IMG/VR virus record: IMGVR_UViG_3300021387_000452
DNA length: 64,000 bases
Strand: one strand, 5' to 3'
From: a virus
Taxonomy: Duplodnaviria > Caudoviricetes
How positions within the stretch are numbered: the first letter of the stretch is position 1; every line of letters starts with the position of its first letter. Below are positions 59,217 through 64,000 of the stretch, in pieces. The notes below the pieces were generated by a model. The model ran no database searches, had not been told where the DNA came from, and saw only the letters and a program-made list of their open reading frames with translations. The position numbers and the translations under genes are program-made.

Positions 59217-59909
59217 TTACCAGCGAATGTTTAGTGGACGGCAATGTTTTACAAATTCCATCATTGTTGGGTTAGGCATACGAGTGCATTCATTGTCATT
59301 GCGAGCACGAGCAACAAGATGAATCTGATAATCACCTGGATCAAGATTTACTGTCTCAGCATTGTTATGAGTTGTAGCAGCGCCAGTTGTAAGAACAAAG
59401 TTAACAGTTACTTTAGTACCAGCTTTTGGAGCTGCAGCGGCTAATCTAACGATGCATTTATCAGCTGGCTCACCCTCAGCAGGCCCAACGATTGTTGGAG
59501 TAGCTCCACCTTCAACGACACAATCACCAACAACTAACTTCTTAGCATTATCATCACCAGAAGCATTAAATAGACCAGAAAGATCTAAATCAGTTGAACC
59601 CTCTGGAACAACACGAGTAATGCTGCCTTTAACAGTAAGAACACACTCATCTGTTTTAATAGCCATACTATCTTCACCAGATGCAGCTTCTGCTTTGTAG
59701 CCAAAGTGACCCTCAGCAACTACGCCGGTACCAACGTGACGAAGATGAATGCTACCATTGGCAGTTTTTGCAGGTACTGCATCAGAACCACTGCCACTAG
59801 CAGCGGCTAACTGAAGAGTAGCATCTGTAATCTTAGCTTCATTTAATAGAGCGGCATAGCCATTAGGATTAACTTTTGGTCCCCAACCTAAATCATCAAA
59901 TTTTAGCAT
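59217..59909 (-). CDS. Probable abundant virion protein (head decoration-like)
   Basis: Ala/Gly/Thr-rich, own terminator, next to head genes; function inferred from context only. Confidence 0.45.
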   Translation of the reverse strand: MLKFDDLGWGPKVNPNGYAALLNEAKITDATLQLAAASGSGSDAVPAKTANGSIHLRHVGTGVVAEGHFGYKAEAASGEDSMAIKTDECVLTVKGSITRVVPEGSTDLDLSGLFNASGDDNAKKLVVGDCVVEGGATPTIVGPAEGEPADKCIVRLAAAAPKAGTKVTVNFVLTTGAATTHNNAETVNLDPGDYQIHLVARARNDNECTRMPNPTMMEFVKHCRPLNIRW

Positions 59910-60023
59910 ATCAAACCTTCCTTCTTAAGAGTAAGAGAAATAATTACTAAGACTAAAACGAAAACAAAGAATGTAAAAATGAATGATCACTTTTACTCTA
60001 CATTATAATAGATATCATGAAAT

Positions 60024-63000
60024 CTAATCAACGAAGTCATCATCAATAACAACATCTACCCTATCAGCACCAGAATACAATGAAGTCATACCATCAACGA
60101 ATCTATAGCCTTCATTAGAAATGCCACTTCTAGGAACCCAAGTTGTAGTTACGCCAGGTATACAATAGATAGTATTTTCTGGGTGATCTGAATCGTTCTT
60201 ATCATCAACTAAGCAATCAATAATGCCTTCATCTTTTGTAGGATTAAACACTTTAACTTTGTATCTAACTGCACCTCTAGTGTTATCTGAATAGAACTCA
60301 CTATACGAAATATAATTAGACCCATCGAGGCTGATAATTTCATTTGTTGGATCATCAATTGCTTGACTATACTGATCTGTTGTAGTAATGTAAACAAGCT
60401 GACCATTAAGAATTGGCTTAAGAGTCTGCCAACGCATGATATCAGCAAGACCATTCCAATACAGGCTTGATTCTTGATCATACCAAACAAGTGGAGTACC
60501 TGAAGATGTCCCATCACTTGTTAGATAATTTCCATTGTCATCACGTAATATATATGGACATACATGAGTTGTGTAACCATATTTCCATACAGTATCGGTT
60601 GATTGATCCCAGTCAGGCGGCTTTATAGCAATGAAGTCCTCATTAACATACTGTATTGATGAATCATTAAAGATGTATTGGTTATCATTTCTATTGATAT
60701 TAGAATAAACTGTAGCTTCGTACTGAATTAAGACCTGCCCTCTATATATTGGAGTAACGCTTCCAGCTAACATGTAAACGTTATCAGGAACTCGATCTGC
60801 TGTACGCCACAGACGAGGCTCTTCCCACTTAGAAGACCAATACTTACCATTGTAGAAGCGCATTTCGTATGGCTTTGGAATTGCTAAATTATTCTCATCT
60901 CTATATTCTTGATCATACTCATACGCTGCTACTGCAGAAGCCTTTGACGGAGTATAGCCATAGTTACTTATAAGTACTCGCTGTGATTCTCCATCGCCAG
61001 TGTACATATAATCACGATCACTATCATAAATAAAGATGCTAACTGGAACATCAATATCATACCAATTCTCGAGAGTGTAGCCATCAATAATTGATATAGG
61101 TGATTCATAGCAAGCAGCAAATAATTCTTCTGAAATAAACTCTTTAAAGAATCCTACAGCTGATGTTGGATTGCTCTTGTGAGCTTCATCATCGTGATAA
61201 TTAACTAATGTAGAATAGTCATATGTAAGTGCAGAGATTGCATCTGTTTCAGCGTCTTTTTCTTTATCTATGCTAACATTACCATTGAAGATTCCGTACA
61301 TGAATGTATCTTCATTGTCGTTGTCACCATCGAATGACCCGTCTTGATCGCTATCTGATACATAGCATCTATAGTATGTAACAATGACACTGTCTTTCTT
61401 ACGTCGAGCGTAATTGATCGGCACATACTCGTGATCATCAATGTCTATTCTAGACGGTAGTACTTCAGCTTTATCTTCACTATCTAGTGTGCTATATGGT
61501 ATGATTGATAATTTATATGGATATTGCGCGTTTGACTTCTTATAAAGATTCTCATCAAAGTAAGACCAGCCAATATTACCAGTAGCAATGAAGTAAATCT
61601 CATCTTCATTTGGAGATAAGTACTTAGGCTCTCTTATTTGATGACTAGTTGAAACTGCACTGTCATCAGCAGTATAATTCATGTAAATCGGATCGACCCA
61701 CTGATACGCTTTTCTAATTACAACTGGATCATCTGCTAAGTATCTCACGATTGGAGAATCTTTTTCAGCCACGATACCAGTTTTCTGATCAAGATCAGAA
61801 CCATCTGAAATGATGTTATTTACGTTGACCCATAATAAAGACTCAAGATCTGATAATGGAAGACATTCACCCTGAGGCTTTATATTATCCCAGCGTAAGA
61901 TCTCTTCTTTATATAAACTATCACTACCAAGCTTAACTTCAACTTCTATCTCAATCTGTTCATGACCATTATAAAATCTATCCAAGTACTCATACAATGT
62001 ATAGTCATCTTCAGATGTAGAGAATATGAACAGATTCTTTGATGAGCTTTGTTTGTCAATTGGACCAAGCACTATTACATTCTCAGGATGTTCAGTGTCT
62101 GACTTATCTGTAATTGATATCACAAAATGATAATCACTACTAATAGGGAGCGAATCTCCAAATGCCGATAGTATAAAGCATCTATAAGCAGCCGACATAA
62201 CGTGATATGATATATACACGCTTCTAACAGTAGGGTCGCTTTCACTAAACTGTGAATATATAAGTGGCTCAGCAACTGCTTGTTCATTAGTAAGAACTTG
62301 ATCTGCATCATACGTCTTATCTACATGAAGAGCATAGCAATTTAGCTCACTAGCTTTAAGAGGTAGCTCATCTAGCTTATCGATTTCTTTATCACTACCA
62401 AGATTCCAAAGTCTGTTTGGAGTGATTCCCTTATATCTATCACGCATCTCTGCATTAGCAGCTTCATCGAGCTCTGGGATGTAATGAGTATGATGAAATC
62501 TAAATGTGTACCAAGCTGTGCTTACTAAATTCTTGAACTCTCCATTATACCAGAACTTTGGATCTATTCTCCATATAAGTGTTGGACTAAACCCCAGACA
62601 TCTGCAGCCATAGAGAACTCCAAGTGCATATGAATACATTGCATTGTAGTCTAGAAGCTTGTAAATCTGCCCATTCTTTCTACGCTCACTGTAGTATTCA
62701 CTCAAAGTCATATTATACGCCTTTAAATACTTAGCAATGCTAGCGTCTTCAATGTCTGAGGTGTCGATCAAACTCCCACCAGAATAGTCAGCGTCTGAAA
62801 AGATATCTCTAATCTTCTGAGCCTGTCGATCATATAATGTAGCAGTTTCACTAGACTCAAGTCTAGACATTGAGCTGTTCAAGTCTATAGACTTATTATT
62901 TACATCATTCCTAAATATAATAGGAACCGTTCTATCAGACCCAGTACCAGTGAGCTCATTAAGAAGAAGTTTAAGACCATTACAGTTAAATCTCAAATAA

Positions 63001-63263
63001 TATTCGAAATCTTCAATGCTGCTTAGCTGAGAAAGATAGCTATGAATCTTATCATAAATCTTGAAATGTTCAAATGGGACTACATCATTTTGATCTTTTA
63101 TATAGACGCTATTTGCTATTACAAGAGTGTCTGATAAAGCATTCATGTACGATGTTACTGATTCTAAACCTAACAAAAACAGCATGGTTGGCTCGGCTAC
63201 TTGCCATGTGTATAACACTCTATCATAGTAGAACAAAGTGCCATTTCTAGATGAATAAAGCAT
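60024..63263 (-). CDS. Large acidic, Tyr-rich hypothetical (probably virion) protein
   Basis: 1079 aa with GGAGGAG RBS; no recognised motif. Confidence 0.6.
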   Translation of the reverse strand: MLYSSRNGTLFYYDRVLYTWQVAEPTMLFLLGLESVTSYMNALSDTLVIANSVYIKDQNDVVPFEHFKIYDKIHSYLSQLSSIEDFEYYLRFNCNGLKLLLNELTGTGSDRTVPIIFRNDVNNKSIDLNSSMSRLESSETATLYDRQAQKIRDIFSDADYSGGSLIDTSDIEDASIAKYLKAYNMTLSEYYSERRKNGQIYKLLDYNAMYSYALGVLYGCRCLGFSPTLIWRIDPKFWYNGEFKNLVSTAWYTFRFHHTHYIPELDEAANAEMRDRYKGITPNRLWNLGSDKEIDKLDELPLKASELNCYALHVDKTYDADQVLTNEQAVAEPLIYSQFSESDPTVRSVYISYHVMSAAYRCFILSAFGDSLPISSDYHFVISITDKSDTEHPENVIVLGPIDKQSSSKNLFIFSTSEDDYTLYEYLDRFYNGHEQIEIEVEVKLGSDSLYKEEILRWDNIKPQGECLPLSDLESLLWVNVNNIISDGSDLDQKTGIVAEKDSPIVRYLADDPVVIRKAYQWVDPIYMNYTADDSAVSTSHQIREPKYLSPNEDEIYFIATGNIGWSYFDENLYKKSNAQYPYKLSIIPYSTLDSEDKAEVLPSRIDIDDHEYVPINYARRKKDSVIVTYYRCYVSDSDQDGSFDGDNDNEDTFMYGIFNGNVSIDKEKDAETDAISALTYDYSTLVNYHDDEAHKSNPTSAVGFFKEFISEELFAACYESPISIIDGYTLENWYDIDVPVSIFIYDSDRDYMYTGDGESQRVLISNYGYTPSKASAVAAYEYDQEYRDENNLAIPKPYEMRFYNGKYWSSKWEEPRLWRTADRVPDNVYMLAGSVTPIYRGQVLIQYEATVYSNINRNDNQYIFNDSSIQYVNEDFIAIKPPDWDQSTDTVWKYGYTTHVCPYILRDDNGNYLTSDGTSSGTPLVWYDQESSLYWNGLADIMRWQTLKPILNGQLVYITTTDQYSQAIDDPTNEIISLDGSNYISYSEFYSDNTRGAVRYKVKVFNPTKDEGIIDCLVDDKNDSDHPENTIYCIPGVTTTWVPRSGISNEGYRFVDGMTSLYSGADRVDVVIDDDFVD

Positions 63264-63331
63264 GCTGCTCCTCCAAATTAATATAACTATACTATAACTA
63301 CTACTTTATTGATATATAACTTCATAAAAGA

Positions 63332-63355
63332 AAGCCCCTGAATATTCAGGGGCTT
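63332..63355 (-). terminator. Perfect 24 bp palindrome, terminator
   Basis: aagcccctgaatattcaggggctt followed by U-rich tract on minus strand. Confidence 0.75.
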
Positions 63356-63362
63356 AACTTGT

Positions 63363-63770
63363 TTATTTTCTTATGCAAGCTGGTTTATCTGGCCAAACTA
63401 CATTTTCTGGAAATCCTTCTTGCTGTGGAATGTCTCTTAATGCCTGACGGTATTCTTTAAGAGACTCAAGATCTTCATTTTTCTTCGCTGGCATGTCTGA
63501 AATTGTAAAGTATTTGTCAGTTTCACTTAATAGCATATCTCTTTTATCTCTTATTTCAAATGCTTTATACTCATATACCGATTCTTCACTAGGTCTCTCA
63601 TAATTAAGTTCATTCTCTGACAACAGTGTGCGAATATAATTCTGTATTTCTGAATCTTCATTACTATGAATGTCGAAAATGTACTCTATTGTTTCACCAT
63701 CAATAGTTAAACTAAGTCCTAGTTGCTCACAATTAGCAAGCATTCTAGCTTTGTTTACTGTAATATTCAT
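63363..63770 (-). CDS. Tail fibre assembly chaperone
   Basis: IRDKRDMLLSETD...YRQALRDIPQQEGFPENVVWPDKP signature. Confidence 0.85.
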   Translation of the reverse strand: MNITVNKARMLANCEQLGLSLTIDGETIEYIFDIHSNEDSEIQNYIRTLLSENELNYERPSEESVYEYKAFEIRDKRDMLLSETDKYFTISDMPAKKNEDLESLKEYRQALRDIPQQEGFPENVVWPDKPACIRK

Positions 63771-63787
63771 GATTTCTCCTAAATGTA

Positions 63788-64000
63788 TTACGATATTATT
63801 GCTAAAGCAATGTAATTCGCAGCAGATGTTGAATTGATATATACTTGTGTTAATAAACGTATAGAGCCAGTTAAGTTAGAAGGCGCTGTTTGTGAGGTCG
63901 TATCTTTATAGCCAGATGTTGGATCTACACCATAAATAGTACTGCCACTATTATACATTCTAAGAATCTTAACAGAATTTACTGTATAGTAACTAGTACC
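63788..64000 (-). CDS. 3' end of a gene entering from beyond the window (probably a tail fibre)
   Basis: Open frame GTSYYTVNSVKILRMYNSGSTIYG...YIALAIIS* ending at TAA 63788; upstream of the fibre chaperone. Confidence 0.55.
   Translation of the reverse strand, partial: GTSYYTVNSVKILRMYNSGSTIYGVDPTSGYKDTTSQTAPSNLTGSIRLLTQVYINSTSAANYIALAIIS

Noticed and set aside
3208-59700. Numerous + strand and off-frame minus-strand ORFs in the track (e.g. 3270..3707, 20167..20592, 38351..39097, 57247..57633)
   Set aside because: Nearly all lie within longer minus-strand genes with recognisable motifs, and their sequences look like antisense or frame shadows.
1-64000. Stop-codon reassignment as in some large gut phages
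   Set aside because: Code 11 gives long intact genes at high density; TAG and TGA both end genes cleanly (e.g. polA ends in TAG).
1-64000. CRISPR array, tRNAs, DGR/retron reverse transcriptase, integrase, introns/inteins
   Set aside because: No repeat-spacer array, cloverleaf, RT motif or interrupted gene was seen; intergenic gaps are short. tRNAscan/Infernal were not run.
1-64000. Bacteroidota host (suggested by nrdD type and LRR fibre)
   Set aside because: Most genes carry GGAG-type Shine-Dalgarno sites, which Bacteroidota largely do not use; the host remains unassigned.

Overview
This 64 kb window is a segment of a large, AT-rich (~34% GC by eye) myovirus genome. It has a T4-type (gp21/gp23/gp18/gp19/gp6/gp25-like) virion module and every credible gene is on the minus strand. 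Left part (1-18 kb): nucleotide and replication genes (partial glyA missed by the ORF track, thioredoxin, family A DNA polymerase, class III nrdD/nrdG, thymidine kinase), an amidase endolysin, a PQ-loop/SemiSWEET-like membrane protein, a Cys-rich lipoprotein and a cluster of accessory proteins (ankyrin fusions, ART-like, HExxH). Right part (18-64 kb): tail fibres, baseplate, tape measure with NlpC/P60, two sheath paralogues, tail tube, neck, acidic scaffold, major capsid, prohead protease and a fibre chaperone. A small replication block sits between sheath and tube. Two patterns stand out. (1) A 9-residue tag, [LI]-E-x-R-[IVL]-x-x-L-E, sits at the extreme N- or C-terminus of eight otherwise unrelated proteins, including the predicted prohead scaffold, and is usually flanked by a gp21-type x-x-E|[SAD] site. 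This suggests a cleavable capsid-loading 'address label' for a set of injected effectors. (2) A coding-strand TGTATA motif occurs in 14 intergenic gaps, usually inside or abutting the terminator hairpin of the previous gene, suggesting fused terminator/promoter cassettes. All assignments come from motif recognition by eye; no searches were run.
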